A DNA stretch of 64,000 bases from an uncultured Gammaproteobacteria bacterium (lineage in GTDB: Bacteria > Patescibacteriota > Microgenomatia > UBA8517): positions 257,488-321,487 of the forward strand of contig OZ246419.1 of the NCBI GenBank assembly GCA_965231135.1. The letters are read 5' to 3'. Below the pieces are notes generated by a model. The model had not been told where the DNA came from and did not search any database. It saw only the letters and a program-made list of their open reading frames with translations. This document shows positions 9,109 through 19,304 of the stretch, piece by piece. Each line of letters opens with the position of its first letter. The first letter of the stretch is position 1. The translations under genes were made by a program, and so were the position numbers.

Positions 9109-10437
9109 ATGCAGAGAACTTTGGTGAACGAGACCCTGAAAAAAGTAGGAGAGAAAGTGGAGCTTCAAGGATGGGTAAATATTGTTCGTGACCATGGGAA
9201 AATTACTTTTGTTGATCTTCGCGACCGCACCGGACTAATTCAATGTGTGGGGACAAATTTACCAAAACTTTCCAGTGAAGATGTTGTAGAGATTTTTGGA
9301 AAAGTAGTTGAACGACCTGAGAAACTTATCAATAAGGATTTGGAAACTGGAAAAGTGGAACTACAGATTGAAGAAGTAAAAATATTATCTAAAGCTCATG
9401 AACTTCCAATTGATATGGGTAAGGATGAACTTGATGTGGAGCTTCCTACATTACTTGATTTAAGAAGTTTGACTCTTCGCCACAAAAGAGTTCAGGCGAT
9501 TTTTAAAGTGCAGGCAAAAATTGCAGAAGGCTTTAGGCAAAGCTCTTCGGAACTTGGTTGTACTGAGATTTTTGTGCCAACGATTTCAGCTTCCGCAACT
9601 GAAGGCGGAGCTGAAGTTTTTAGAGTTAAATATTTTGATTATAATGCATATATGACTCAAAGCCCTCAACTTTATAAACAGATGCTTGTCCCTGTTTTTG
9701 AGAGAGTTTTTACAATTGCTAAAGCTTACAGGGCTGAACCTTCAATAACAACAAGACATGTAACTGAGGCAACACAAATGGACTGCGAAATGGCATTTGT
9801 GACTTTTGAGGAACTCATGGATGCGCTTGAATTTGTAGGAAGTTCGGCTTTGAAATATGCAGAAAAAGAATGTGCAAAAGAAATGAAAATTTTTAAAGTT
9901 CCGGCTCTTAAGATTCCCAAAAAGATACCAAGATTAAAAATGCGAGAGGCGCAGGAAATTATTTTTAAGAGAACTGGAGTAGATCATAGAAAAGAGCGAG
10001 ATTTGGAGCCAGAAGATGAAAGAGAAATTTGCAGATGGGCACTTGAAGAACATGATTCTGATTTGGTGACAATAACCCATTATCCAACAAAGAAAAGATC
10101 TTTTTATACAATGCCCGATCCAAAAGATCCGGAATTTTCACTTTCTTATGATTTGCTTTTTAGGGGTGTTGAGATATTAAGCGGAAGCCAGCGTATTAAT
10201 GATTATCAACAACTCTCAGATGAAATTAAAAATCGAGGAATGAATCCAGCAGATTTTGAGATGTATTTGATGGCATTTAAATATGGAATGCCGCCTGAAG
10301 GAGGATTTTCATTTGGACTTGAGAGGCTTACAATGAAACTTTTGGAACTTGCAAATGTACGCGAAGCTTCGCTTTTCCCAAGAGATATGGAAAGAGTTGA
10401 TATGCGCTTGTCTCTTTTGCAACCCAAAGAAAAATAA
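9109..10437 (+). CDS. aspS: Aspartyl-tRNA synthetase, short archaeal-type, probably non-discriminating
   Basis: OB fold, QSPQLYKQ, YRAE, GMPPEGGFSFGLERL; start ATG 9109 follows TACAAT plus 6 nt. Confidence 0.93.
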   Translation: MQRTLVNETLKKVGEKVELQGWVNIVRDHGKITFVDLRDRTGLIQCVGTNLPKLSSEDVVEIFGKVVERPEKLINKDLETGKVELQIEEVKILSKAHELPIDMGKDELDVELPTLLDLRSLTLRHKRVQAIFKVQAKIAEGFRQSSSELGCTEIFVPTISASATEGGAEVFRVKYFDYNAYMTQSPQLYKQMLVPVFERVFTIAKAYRAEPSITTRHVTEATQMDCEMAFVTFEELMDALEFVGSSALKYAEKECAKEMKIFKVPALKIPKKIPRLKMREAQEIIFKRTGVDHRKERDLEPEDEREICRWALEEHDSDLVTITHYPTKKRSFYTMPDPKDPEFSLSYDLLFRGVEILSGSQRINDYQQLSDEIKNRGMNPADFEMYLMAFKYGMPPEGGFSFGLERLTMKLLELANVREASLFPRDMERVDMRLSLLQPKEK

Positions 10438-10440
10438 TTT

Positions 10441-11391
10441 ATGAAACTCCTGACAACGACTGCTTTTAAGGTGTTTTATGTTTTAGTTGTTGTCTCCTTT
10501 TTTATTGCCTCTTTTTTTCTGGGAGCGAAAGTTTCTGCAGAGGAAACAAATGTGAAACTTTATAATATAGGGGAAGCAAATTCGCTTCCAGTGTTGGCTC
10601 AAAGCGCTAACTTTCCGACCTTTTCTGCTGAAGGAATAATTGCGGTAGATGCTTCGTCAAACGTTACCCTTTTTGAAAAAAATGCTGATGAACCGCTTTA
10701 TCCTGCTTCAACTACAAAAATAATTACTGCACTTGTAGGGCTTGATTACTACAAAATGGACGATGTTTTGACTGTGCAAGCTGCTGATCCAACAGTTGAT
10801 GGGCAAAAAATGGGACTTATGGCTGGAGAACAAATGACTTTTCAAAATATGTTAAACGGACTTTTGATTTATAGTGCAAATGATGCAGCTGTCACAATTT
10901 CCGACAATTACCCTGGAGGACGGGATGCGTTTGTAAATGCGATGAATGCTAAAGCTAATGCACTTCATTTGACTAATTCTCATTTTGCAAACCCTGTGGG
11001 GCTTGATGATCCATCACAAGTTACAACTGCCCGGGATATGGTTAGAGTTTCTCAAATTGCAATGACAAATCCAATATTTTCCCAAATTGTTGGAACTAAA
11101 GAAAAAATAGTGACTGATATGAGCGGCAAATTTTCATATGATGTAAAAAATGTAAATGAACTTCTTGGGACAGTTCCCGGAGTTATTGGAATAAAAACCG
11201 GATGGACCGAAGGTGCGCGCGAAAATTTAATTAGCGAAGTGCAAAGAAACGGGCATGGAGTTTATATTGCACTTCTTGGAAGCGAAGACCGTTTTGGGGA
11301 AACAACAGAACTTATTAATTGGATTTATGGAAATTATTCCTGGCAGAATGTAGGGTATGTGCAAAAAGCTATTGGGATGGTATTAAAATGA
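10441..11391 (+). CDS. D-Ala-D-Ala carboxypeptidase (peptidase S11)
   Basis: ASTTK, SAN and KTG motifs; N-terminal TM. Confidence 0.93.
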   Translation: MKLLTTTAFKVFYVLVVVSFFIASFFLGAKVSAEETNVKLYNIGEANSLPVLAQSANFPTFSAEGIIAVDASSNVTLFEKNADEPLYPASTTKIITALVGLDYYKMDDVLTVQAADPTVDGQKMGLMAGEQMTFQNMLNGLLIYSANDAAVTISDNYPGGRDAFVNAMNAKANALHLTNSHFANPVGLDDPSQVTTARDMVRVSQIAMTNPIFSQIVGTKEKIVTDMSGKFSYDVKNVNELLGTVPGVIGIKTGWTEGARENLISEVQRNGHGVYIALLGSEDRFGETTELINWIYGNYSWQNVGYVQKAIGMVLK

Positions 11392-11774
11392 CAAAAGATA
11401 GAAAAGTAGATTTAAATAATAATATTTATACTCCATTTATAGTTTGTGAAAATGAGTGTTATTATATTTTTAGAGATGATAATAACTCTAAAATTTATGA
11501 TAGTTCGGGATTATATGTAACTAGCTTAAGTAGAAGAGAAAGTTTGTTTTTGGACGTTCTAATGTCAGAATTAGATGTAAAAGTTAACAATCAGGATATT
11601 TGTTGGAGCTTGTGGAGTGATGACACGAATGAGATTAAGGTACGTAGTACAGTTAATTGCGTGCGCAGGAAATTAGATATTATTAATGATGGTTTATCTA
11701 ATAAGATTGTTGCAAGGAATAATGGCTATGCATGGTCTAGTGAAGCAGCTATTGTCCGTAGTATGTTGAGGTAA
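11388..11774 (+). CDS. Orphan protein with OmpR-type winged-helix domain
   Basis: LSRRE..FL..L...LW...VRSTVNCVRRKL...GY; start placed at ATG 11388. Confidence 0.65.
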   Translation: MTKDRKVDLNNNIYTPFIVCENECYYIFRDDNNSKIYDSSGLYVTSLSRRESLFLDVLMSELDVKVNNQDICWSLWSDDTNEIKVRSTVNCVRRKLDIINDGLSNKIVARNNGYAWSSEAAIVRSMLR

Positions 11775-12810
11775 CTGCTGGGACATAAGCTACAAAACCG
11801 TTATCTCCTTCGAAAACTGCAACTGGCTGATAAAATTGTGTTGGACTTTGCGGATCAAAGTAGGCTAAATAAATTCTTCTGATTGTAATTTTGCCGTTTT
11901 GATTTTGACCAAGATTGGCTACGAAACCCTGACCGCTTTGTAAATTTTTTAAAGCTTGATCAGAAGTTATTAACGGATAGGTACTGAACTGTGTTGTATC
12001 AACTGGATAATAATAATATTGAGCTCCGATTATTTGTTTACCTTGATCAGTATCGCCGCTTATTATAAACCAGACATTTGCAGTTCCTGGTTGCTGTGTT
12101 ACTGCAGGAAGGTCGTCGTAATCTTTTCTGAATAAATTTATTTTTGTTAAATTTGCATCCGACAGCGAAAGGGCGCTTACCAATTGTTTATTTTGGACTT
12201 TTAAATATTCCTGTGTAACCGGGCCTGAAAGATCATCTGGAAGACCAATAGATGAATTTAGGAAATTTTTTGCAGTTCCAGCTGCGTCTCCTGCTGCAGG
12301 CGGGCGGGCGGAAAGAGGAGAAGAATCAGAATTTAAGTTGTAGCCTATAGAAAAAGTTTGGTTGACGATATTTATTTGTATGGAACTTGGATTTGAAGGA
12401 TTTGTAAACTGGTAAATTGTTGGGGTTATTTCATTCTGGTTACTTGAGAAGCCCATATTTGAAGCAAGAGATTTTGTATTATCAAGATCTAATAAATCAG
12501 GACGCTCACTTGGCATGTAATAAACTTTTGCCTGACTGAGCCAATCTTTGGTTGCGACTGATGGCATTTGTCCGTCTGGAGTTTGAATCGTATAGGTTAA
12601 TGATGGAATATCTTTATTGGTTGGAAAAGGCAAACTTGGCAATTTACCAAAGGCAATTGTGGGCGAAGGGGGAGGAGCTGGGAAAAGGTTTTGAGCGACA
12701 CCAATAAGTAATCCGAGAACAACTCGGCCAACAATAAGAAAAATAATTAAATAAATTCCGTAACGAACAATTTTTCTTGTGAGGATAGCAGTTTGGGTTA
12801 AAGATGCCAT
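11749..12810 (-). CDS. Membrane-anchored extracytoplasmic hypothetical protein
   Basis: N-terminal TM and Pro-rich linker; SD AAGGTGA. Confidence 0.8.
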   Translation of the reverse strand: MASLTQTAILTRKIVRYGIYLIIFLIVGRVVLGLLIGVAQNLFPAPPPSPTIAFGKLPSLPFPTNKDIPSLTYTIQTPDGQMPSVATKDWLSQAKVYYMPSERPDLLDLDNTKSLASNMGFSSNQNEITPTIYQFTNPSNPSSIQINIVNQTFSIGYNLNSDSSPLSARPPAAGDAAGTAKNFLNSSIGLPDDLSGPVTQEYLKVQNKQLVSALSLSDANLTKINLFRKDYDDLPAVTQQPGTANVWFIISGDTDQGKQIIGAQYYYYPVDTTQFSTYPLITSDQALKNLQSGQGFVANLGQNQNGKITIRRIYLAYFDPQSPTQFYQPVAVFEGDNGFVAYVPAVTSTYYGQ

Positions 12811-12839
12811 ATTCACCTTAATTATAATATAATTGTGCT

Positions 12840-14171
12840 ATGAAAGTCAGAACTAGATTTGCGCCAAGCCCAACTGGAAATTTACACATTGGCGGACTTA
12901 GGTCAGCTCTTTATCCGTATGCTTTAGCGAAACGTAATGGCGGAGATTTTATTTTGAGAATCGAAGATACAGATAAAAAAAGAGAGGTTCTCGGCAGCAA
13001 AGAGAAAATTGGCGAAAACTTAAAACTTTTTGGAATAAGTTGGGATGAATATTATGTACAAAGCGAAAGATTAGATATTTATAAAAAAGCTGCAGAAAAA
13101 TTAATAAAAGAAGGGCATGCATTTTATTGTGACTGTAAAGCGCGAAACGCAAAGACTGAAGGATTTACAAAAATACTTCGTGATCCATGCAGGGATAAAA
13201 ATAAGACAAGCGGAGCAATTAAATTAAAAGTTCCTGAGAATGAAACTGTGAGTTATCACGATTTGGTTTTGGACAAAAATATTTCCTGGGATACAAATGA
13301 TGTACAGGATGCAACACTTTTGAAATCAGATGGATATCCGACATATCACCTTGCTGCAATGACTGATGATTTGGAAATGAAAATAACACATGTACTTCGC
13401 GGACATGACTGGATGCCTTCGACTCCAATTCATTTATTGGTTTATAAATATTTGGGCGGACAAATGCCAGAACTTGGGCATTTGACTGATATTTTAGATC
13501 CAGAAGGAGGGAAACTTTCAAAAAGAAAAGGAAGTACGTCTGTCGAAGGATTAATTGCCGAAGGATATTTGCCTGGGGCAATACTTAATTTTATTATGCT
13601 TCTTGGATGGGCACCAAAAGATAATAAAGAATTATTTACACTTGAAGAATTTGTTAAAGCTTTTGACGTAAAAGGATTGCAAAAATCTAATCCTGTTTTT
13701 AATCGTGAGAAACTTGATTGGTTTAACGGACAATATATTCGTCAATTTTCAGATGATGAATTGAAAATAAAACTGCAAATACAAAACTCAAAATTCGCAG
13801 AACTTTCTGAAGATAAACAATTAGCAATAACTGGTTTGCTTAAAGATAGAATTGTGAAATTAACAGATATAAATAATTTTGCAAAGTTCTTTTTTGAGAC
13901 TCCTGAAATTGATAAAAATTTATTTGGAGAGAGTTACAAAGAGCATTTGAAAATGGCAATTAATGTAATTGAAAATATTAAAGATTTTGATTTGGAAAAC
14001 CTTAATAATAAATTGATGGATGCAATAAAGACAAATAATTTTAAAACTGGAGATTTCTTTATGACACTTAGAATTGCTATTACAGGGCAGAAATTTACAC
14101 CGCCAATTAATGACTCTATAATAATTTTAGGGAGAGAAGAAACTTTAAAAAGACTTAAATCTTCCTTATAA
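12840..14171 (+). CDS. gltX: Glutamyl-tRNA synthetase
   Basis: RFAPSPTG.LHIGG and KLSKR. Confidence 0.97.
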   Translation: MKVRTRFAPSPTGNLHIGGLRSALYPYALAKRNGGDFILRIEDTDKKREVLGSKEKIGENLKLFGISWDEYYVQSERLDIYKKAAEKLIKEGHAFYCDCKARNAKTEGFTKILRDPCRDKNKTSGAIKLKVPENETVSYHDLVLDKNISWDTNDVQDATLLKSDGYPTYHLAAMTDDLEMKITHVLRGHDWMPSTPIHLLVYKYLGGQMPELGHLTDILDPEGGKLSKRKGSTSVEGLIAEGYLPGAILNFIMLLGWAPKDNKELFTLEEFVKAFDVKGLQKSNPVFNREKLDWFNGQYIRQFSDDELKIKLQIQNSKFAELSEDKQLAITGLLKDRIVKLTDINNFAKFFFETPEIDKNLFGESYKEHLKMAINVIENIKDFDLENLNNKLMDAIKTNNFKTGDFFMTLRIAITGQKFTPPINDSIIILGREETLKRLKSSL

Positions 14172-14172
14172 A

Positions 14173-15069
14173 ATGTCTAAGAAACTGCCTTCACAAACAT
14201 ATCATGATCTTGATATTGAATTTGTAAGAAATAAATTAAAGCTTAAAGCCATTAATGAAAGAGCAAAACTTTTTGAACGCCATCCACAAGCTACAAAATT
14301 TTTAGGAACTGCTGCAATTGCTTCGACTTTGTTTTTAACTGCCGGAAAATTTGCCAGTTTGCCGCCTGCAGATATTCCAATAGCCCATGCAGATGGCGCT
14401 GTTTCAGAAAGCGGAAATCAAGTTTTACTTTCGACTTTAAAAGCTATACTTCCTGCTAAAGTTTCTCCTCTTACTGCAGACCAAGAAAATAAATTGGCAA
14501 CTTTGTTTAAAAGTGTAATCGGGATTTCTGCAAAGGCGAATCTTGAAGGAGAACACTTGAATACAACATATGGACTAATTGGAGCTGAACAACATTTGAG
14601 GCGTTATCCTGGAGATACAATTTCTCAGCACGCTGATGCAACTGGGCCGTATGATGAAGGAATGGCGCCAGGACTTGGAGCTTGGGGGTATTTTGCGCCA
14701 AGTAAAGATAAATTGACACCAGACTTAGTTGAAGATGAAAAATGGTATGCAGTCGTACAAACACTTTATTTGCCTGATTGGGATAAAAGAACTGTATATT
14801 TGAGGGATTGGTATAAATACCGAAAAGTTTTAATTGTTAATACGTTAAATGGAAATGCAGTGGTAGCGGACATTGCAGATAGCGGGCCCGCAAGCTGGAC
14901 CGGGAAAAGTTTTGGAGGAAGCCCTGCTGTGATGAATTCACTAGGCGGTGCAAAATATAAAGTGGGGCCTGTAGTTTTGTTTTTTGTTGATGATCCAGAT
15001 AACACTATTCCTCTTGGTCCAGTAGATTACAATAATGTTATAAATAATTATGCAATTAAATCTATCTAA
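14173..15069 (+). CDS. Membrane-anchored protein with possible RlpA-like double-psi beta-barrel
   Basis: VLIVN..NG.AVVA.IADSGP...S..VM..LG. Confidence 0.6.
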   Translation: MSKKLPSQTYHDLDIEFVRNKLKLKAINERAKLFERHPQATKFLGTAAIASTLFLTAGKFASLPPADIPIAHADGAVSESGNQVLLSTLKAILPAKVSPLTADQENKLATLFKSVIGISAKANLEGEHLNTTYGLIGAEQHLRRYPGDTISQHADATGPYDEGMAPGLGAWGYFAPSKDKLTPDLVEDEKWYAVVQTLYLPDWDKRTVYLRDWYKYRKVLIVNTLNGNAVVADIADSGPASWTGKSFGGSPAVMNSLGGAKYKVGPVVLFFVDDPDNTIPLGPVDYNNVINNYAIKSI

Positions 15070-15349
15070 AATTGAAAATCTGATTAAAAATTCAGCTCTT
15101 TCTCAAGAAGAAAAAGAAGAGCTTTGGAAAATTGTTGATGAGATAATTCATCACAGAATAATGGGATGTGTGCTTGATAATTTACCAAACGAACATCATG
15201 AAGAATTTTTGACAAAGTTTGAAAAGAAATATTTTGAGAGCGAAGCTATAAGCTATTTGGAAGAAAAATGCGGACTAGAAATTACAGACAAAATGAAATC
15301 AACTCTAAGCGAAGTTGAAGAAGAAATATTAAGTGAAATTAAAAGTTAA
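15050..15349 (+). CDS. Small acidic helical hypothetical protein
   Basis: 99-aa ORF overlapping the upstream gene. Confidence 0.7.
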   Translation: MQLNLSKIENLIKNSALSQEEKEELWKIVDEIIHHRIMGCVLDNLPNEHHEEFLTKFEKKYFESEAISYLEEKCGLEITDKMKSTLSEVEEEILSEIKS

Positions 15350-15364
15350 ACTCGGCGCCGAGTT
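15349..15364. terminator. Perfect 16-bp palindrome between convergent genes
   Basis: aactcggcgccgagtt. Confidence 0.6.
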
Positions 15365-15372
15365 AATAAACT

Positions 15373-15612
15373 TTATTTTTTCATCATGAACATTCCCCAA
15401 AGAGAATATACACCTGAAAGTCCTACAAGAATGTAAATGATTTGTACAAGTGCTGGCCAAGCGCCAAAAAGCATTTGAACAAGATCTACATTTGCAAGGC
15501 CGACTAATCCCCAATTTAAGGCTCCTACTGTAACTAATACCCAGGAGACCATCATTAAGGTGTCCATTTTCATACCCATTTTTACTGAACTACTTGAATT
15601 TCTTTTTGCCAT
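15373..15612 (-). CDS. DUF378 family membrane protein
   Basis: VGALNWGLVG...DLV..LFG...IYILVGLSG; SD GGGGGTGA. Confidence 0.92.
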   Translation of the reverse strand: MAKRNSSSSVKMGMKMDTLMMVSWVLVTVGALNWGLVGLANVDLVQMLFGAWPALVQIIYILVGLSGVYSLWGMFMMKK

Positions 15613-15714
15613 CTAAATCACCCCCGACTATGCTTGGGGCTATAACCCCTTACATTTTAAGTATTTGCTTAAAGATAACTTAAAGTCAAGAGGGTTTTGA
15701 TATAATACAGATAT

Positions 15715-15763
15715 TGCGGAATCGTCTAATGGTAAGCAAAGCTTGCACATTATCCGATTCCGA
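15715..15763 (+). repeat. Direct plus inverted copy of the tRNA-Gln 5' end (fold-back hairpin)
   Basis: tgcggaatcgtctaatggta at 15715-15734 equals 15768-15787, followed by its approximate reverse complement. Confidence 0.9.
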
Positions 15764-15767
15764 ATAA

Positions 15768-15838
15768 TGCGGAATCGTCTAATGGTAGGACACATCCCTC
15801 TGGAGGATGGTATCTTGGTTCAAATCCAGGTTCCGCAG
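15768..15838 (+). tRNA. tRNA-Gln(CTG)
   Basis: Acceptor TGCGGAA/TTCCGCA, anticodon arm catcc-ctCTGga-ggatg, GGTTCAAATCC; CCA not encoded. Confidence 0.96.
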
Positions 15839-15856
15839 CAGATGTTATACTGAAGT

Positions 15857-17354
15857 GTGGAAAAAATATTTGCTGTATTTTTTTTGTTTCTATTTTTAAT
15901 TTTAAGTAAAAATTTTTCTGTATTTGCACAAACTGTAAATGACACTGTAAATGTTGATTTCTCTCAGCAAATTGCGACTGGATATTCTTCTATTTTTGGC
16001 GTGACGCAAACTCCTGACGATGCAAACAGTATGAGCATTTTACAAAATGACGGAGTGACATTTGTACGGCAAGATCTTTCCCTTGATACTTTTGTAACAA
16101 GCGCTGATCCAAACACTTGGGATAAAGGAAGCGAGAATTATATTGCTAATAAATTTTTGCAGGCAAAAGCACACAACATGAAAACTATGATGATTATTGA
16201 TTACACGCCAATATGGCTTTCTTTTAACGGGCAAACAAATGGAGTGCCAAATAACTGGACAACCTGGGAAAGTATTGTAAAAAATACACTTACTTATTTT
16301 AAATCTCAAAATGCACTTCCTGACTATTATGAAATTTGGAATGAACCAGGAGACGCTTACCAAGATCAATTTTTTGATGTGACAAATAGCGGAATGACTA
16401 AAAATCAGGCATATGATTTGCTTTATTTACATTCATGGAATGCGATAAAAGCAGTTGATACAAACGGAAAAATAGGAGGACCTGCTGATTATCAGCCTGA
16501 TTCTGCTGTGACAAATATCACATATATGTAAGTGATTCCCAAATCAATCAGAAAATAGATTTTCTTTCATATCATTTTTATGACCAGGTACATGAATATA
16601 TTATTGAAAGTTCACAATTTTTTGGACTTCCAACTGGAACATCTTCAATTGTCCCAATTAAAAACTTATTAACACAGATGGCAAGAACAGACATTCCAAT
16701 AGTGCTTTCTGAATATAACTATACATGTTGCGGCAGAAGCGGAAGCGTTGGAACGAAAGAATCAATTACTTGGGATGCTAAAAATTTTATTGATTTAGAA
16801 AGTCAGGGAGCGATTGCGGGAGGATATTTTACTGGAATTGATTTGGTTGGCGAGCCTGAAGCGCATATTTTTAAACTTTTTAGTAAAGATTTGGGGCTTG
16901 GAAATGGAAACAGTAAGGTATATAAAACAACCTTGACAAATTTTCCAAATTTAAATGCTACTGCGGCCATCAATAATAGTGGTCAGAGAGTGCTTATGTT
17001 TTCAAATAGTACAGCGAATAATGAAAACTTAAATATAAGTTTGAATAACACAGGATTTTCCGGAAGTTATACTGCAAATATTTATCTTGCTAATTTAAAT
17101 AATGATCCTGCAAGCGTTAATTCTACACAAAATATAAATTTTAGTAATGGAAATTCTAATTTTAATTAAATATTCCACCTTGGAGTGCAGAAGGAGTTGT
17201 TTTTGCAAAAAATTATGATGGAACTGATTATGTAATTTGGCTTAGTCATTTCGGACAACACACAACACTTGGAAGAAACACTGGTGATTTTAACGGAGAC
17301 GGAATTGTAGATAATGAAGACTATACTATTTGGTTAAATAATCGAACTAATTAA
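15857..17354 (+). pseudogene. Secreted GH-A clan glycoside hydrolase (GH39-like) with C-terminal dockerin-like domain; two frameshifts
   Basis: EIWNEP acid/base in frame 1; after a shift near 16529 IDFLSYHFY...IVLSEYN; after a shift near 17167 NIPPWS...GDFNGDGIVDNEDYTIWL. Confidence 0.85.
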
Positions 17355-17880
17355 AACGAGTTGCTAAAGGAATAAAATTATTTGTTGTGATATCAAACCA
17401 GTAAGAAACATCTTTGGTTCCTGTATTTGCATTTACAATTAAATAAATTGCTGATGCCCAACCGGTTACGTCTTGTAAAGTATAAGTCGGAAATTTCTCA
17501 GAGAATTTTTGAGTAATATTTAAATCTTGCGGTTCTAAATAAAAATTAATTATGCTTCCTGTATCTTCTCTAATAAAAACATGTTTATCGTCGATTGACC
17601 AGGTGTTAAAAGGAATTGAAAATTTTCCGGAACTTACTTTTGTGAAATTTAATTTGTCACTTGAAAAGATGTATATATTTTTATTTTGAGTCATTGTTAG
17701 TGTTGCGTTTCCGTCTGGAGAAATCATGGAAGTTGTTATGATAATTGGCGCTGGACTACTTGGAAGAGAAACATCTGCTAATACTTTGCTGCTTTGGAAA
17801 TCTTTAATATACAAAGCGATTGCTCCAATTGAAGTAATCATAATTGTTAGAATTAAAATTTTAGATATTTGCTTGCCCAT
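17347..17880 (-). CDS. Membrane-anchored hypothetical protein
   Basis: N-terminal TM; overlaps the L,D-transpeptidase gene. Confidence 0.75.
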   Translation of the reverse strand: MGKQISKILILTIMITSIGAIALYIKDFQSSKVLADVSLPSSPAPIIITTSMISPDGNATLTMTQNKNIYIFSSDKLNFTKVSSGKFSIPFNTWSIDDKHVFIREDTGSIINFYLEPQDLNITQKFSEKFPTYTLQDVTGWASAIYLIVNANTGTKDVSYWFDITTNNFIPLATRFN

Positions 17881-18502
17881 AAATAGTCACTAACGTTTTT
17901 GAAACTGACGGATCTTCCACCCAATTGTATAATTTTTCTGCATCAACGGTTCGCATGTTTATACAACCATGGCTCATTGGATGACCGAAATTGTCATGCC
18001 AGTAAGCTCCATGCAGCGCAAACCCATCGCCTTCTGGGACGTCACCGCCTGCAAAAAACATAGTGAAAGGAACATTTGGTAAATCATAATAATCTGCCCC
18101 TTCTCCGCCCGTCATTCGAGTCGCGCGAACTTTTTCCCAAATTGTAAAATCTCCTGTTGGAGTCGGATGCCATTTCCCTGAAGAAATAACTGCTTGCATG
18201 AAAAGATTATTTCCTTGATAGGCATATAAAGTTTGAGTTGTTAAATCGACATAAATATGTTTTTCGCCGACGCCTGTTTCATCACCTAAGACTTTTTTAT
18301 CAGTACTTAAATCAATTTTTGGAGGAATAATTTTTTGTCCATCGAAAGTACCAATAGCATTGTTTTCTACATTGACGTTTAAATTTTTAATGCAGCTTAC
18401 TGAATTAGCACAAAAAGAATTTGCTGGAGCTGGTTTTGAGAGGTAAAAAATTGCGAGTAAAGGGATTAAAAGGAGAAAAAGGTATTTGGCAGGGAGTTTC
18501 AT
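17861..18502 (-). CDS. L,D-transpeptidase (YkuD family)
   Basis: TPTG.F, ALHG...SHGCINM. Confidence 0.93.
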   Translation of the reverse strand: MKLPAKYLFLLLIPLLAIFYLSKPAPANSFCANSVSCIKNLNVNVENNAIGTFDGQKIIPPKIDLSTDKKVLGDETGVGEKHIYVDLTTQTLYAYQGNNLFMQAVISSGKWHPTPTGDFTIWEKVRATRMTGGEGADYYDLPNVPFTMFFAGGDVPEGDGFALHGAYWHDNFGHPMSHGCINMRTVDAEKLYNWVEDPSVSKTLVTIYGQANI

Positions 18503-18619
18503 AATTAATGATACAATTAAATCCATTTTATGAAAAGAGGGTTTAGGGTTAATTTTGTATAGAAATGGAGAGAGAAGCGGAAAAATTAGCTGCGTTTTTA
18601 AATAGAGTAAGATTGTAAT

Positions 18620-19066
18620 ATGAAAGATTTTGAATTAGCCGACCAAAATGGAGAAATCCATAAATTATCTGATTATAAAGGCAAATGGGTTGTTCTTTAT
18701 TTTTATCCAAAAGATGATACTCCTGGATGCACTAAAGAAGCATGTAGCTTTCGCGATAGTTTTCGTGAAATTCAGAAAATGGGAGTACAGATATTGGGAA
18801 TTTCAAAAGACAGCGTAAAATCTCATAAGAAATTTGCTGAAAAATATAATTTAAATTTTCCAATTTTGAGTGATGAAAGTTTAAGTGTTATTAAAGCATA
18901 TGATGCCTGGGGAGAAAAGAAATTTTTGGGAAAAACTTATGAAGGAATTTTTAGAATTACTTATTTGATTAATCCAAAAGGAGAGATTTATAAGAAATAT
19001 GAAAAAGTAAATCCTTTGACACATGCAAGTGAAATAATTCGCGATCTTAAATCAGTAATTGTTTAA
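18620..19066 (+). CDS. bcp: Peroxiredoxin Bcp/PrxQ
   Basis: YFYPKDDTPGCTKEAC. Confidence 0.96.
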   Translation: MKDFELADQNGEIHKLSDYKGKWVVLYFYPKDDTPGCTKEACSFRDSFREIQKMGVQILGISKDSVKSHKKFAEKYNLNFPILSDESLSVIKAYDAWGEKKFLGKTYEGIFRITYLINPKGEIYKKYEKVNPLTHASEIIRDLKSVIV

Positions 19067-19286
19067 AGTTTGTAGCTGCCTTGCGACATCTTTTAAAATA
19101 ATAATTGTTAAAACAATACAAATAACTCCAATAATTTTATGAGTTTTAGTTTTTTCTTTAATAAAGTAAGAGTTGTTTTTGCCAAGTTGTTTCAAGCGGT
19201 TTTGGTCTTATACTCGCCCCACAGTTGAAACAAAAATAATCTGTGGGGCGTACCGCCACATGACATTTTGGGCAGATACTTTCCAT
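19052..19286 (-). pseudogene. Zn-ribbon membrane protein, interrupted
   Basis: MESICPKCH...YFCFNCG...KQLLLY stops at 19158; TM segment KIIGVICIVLTIIIL continues in another frame. Confidence 0.65.
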
Positions 19287-19304
19287 AAAAACATTTTATA
19301 ACAT

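Noticed and set aside
15715-15790. tRNA duplication as an attL/attR of an integrated element
   Set aside because: Only 33 bp separate the copies, the spacer is an inverted copy, and no integrase is present.
16529-17169. Stop-codon reassignment explaining the broken genes
   Set aside because: Continuations are in different frames, and TAA, TAG and TGA all end intact genes in this window.
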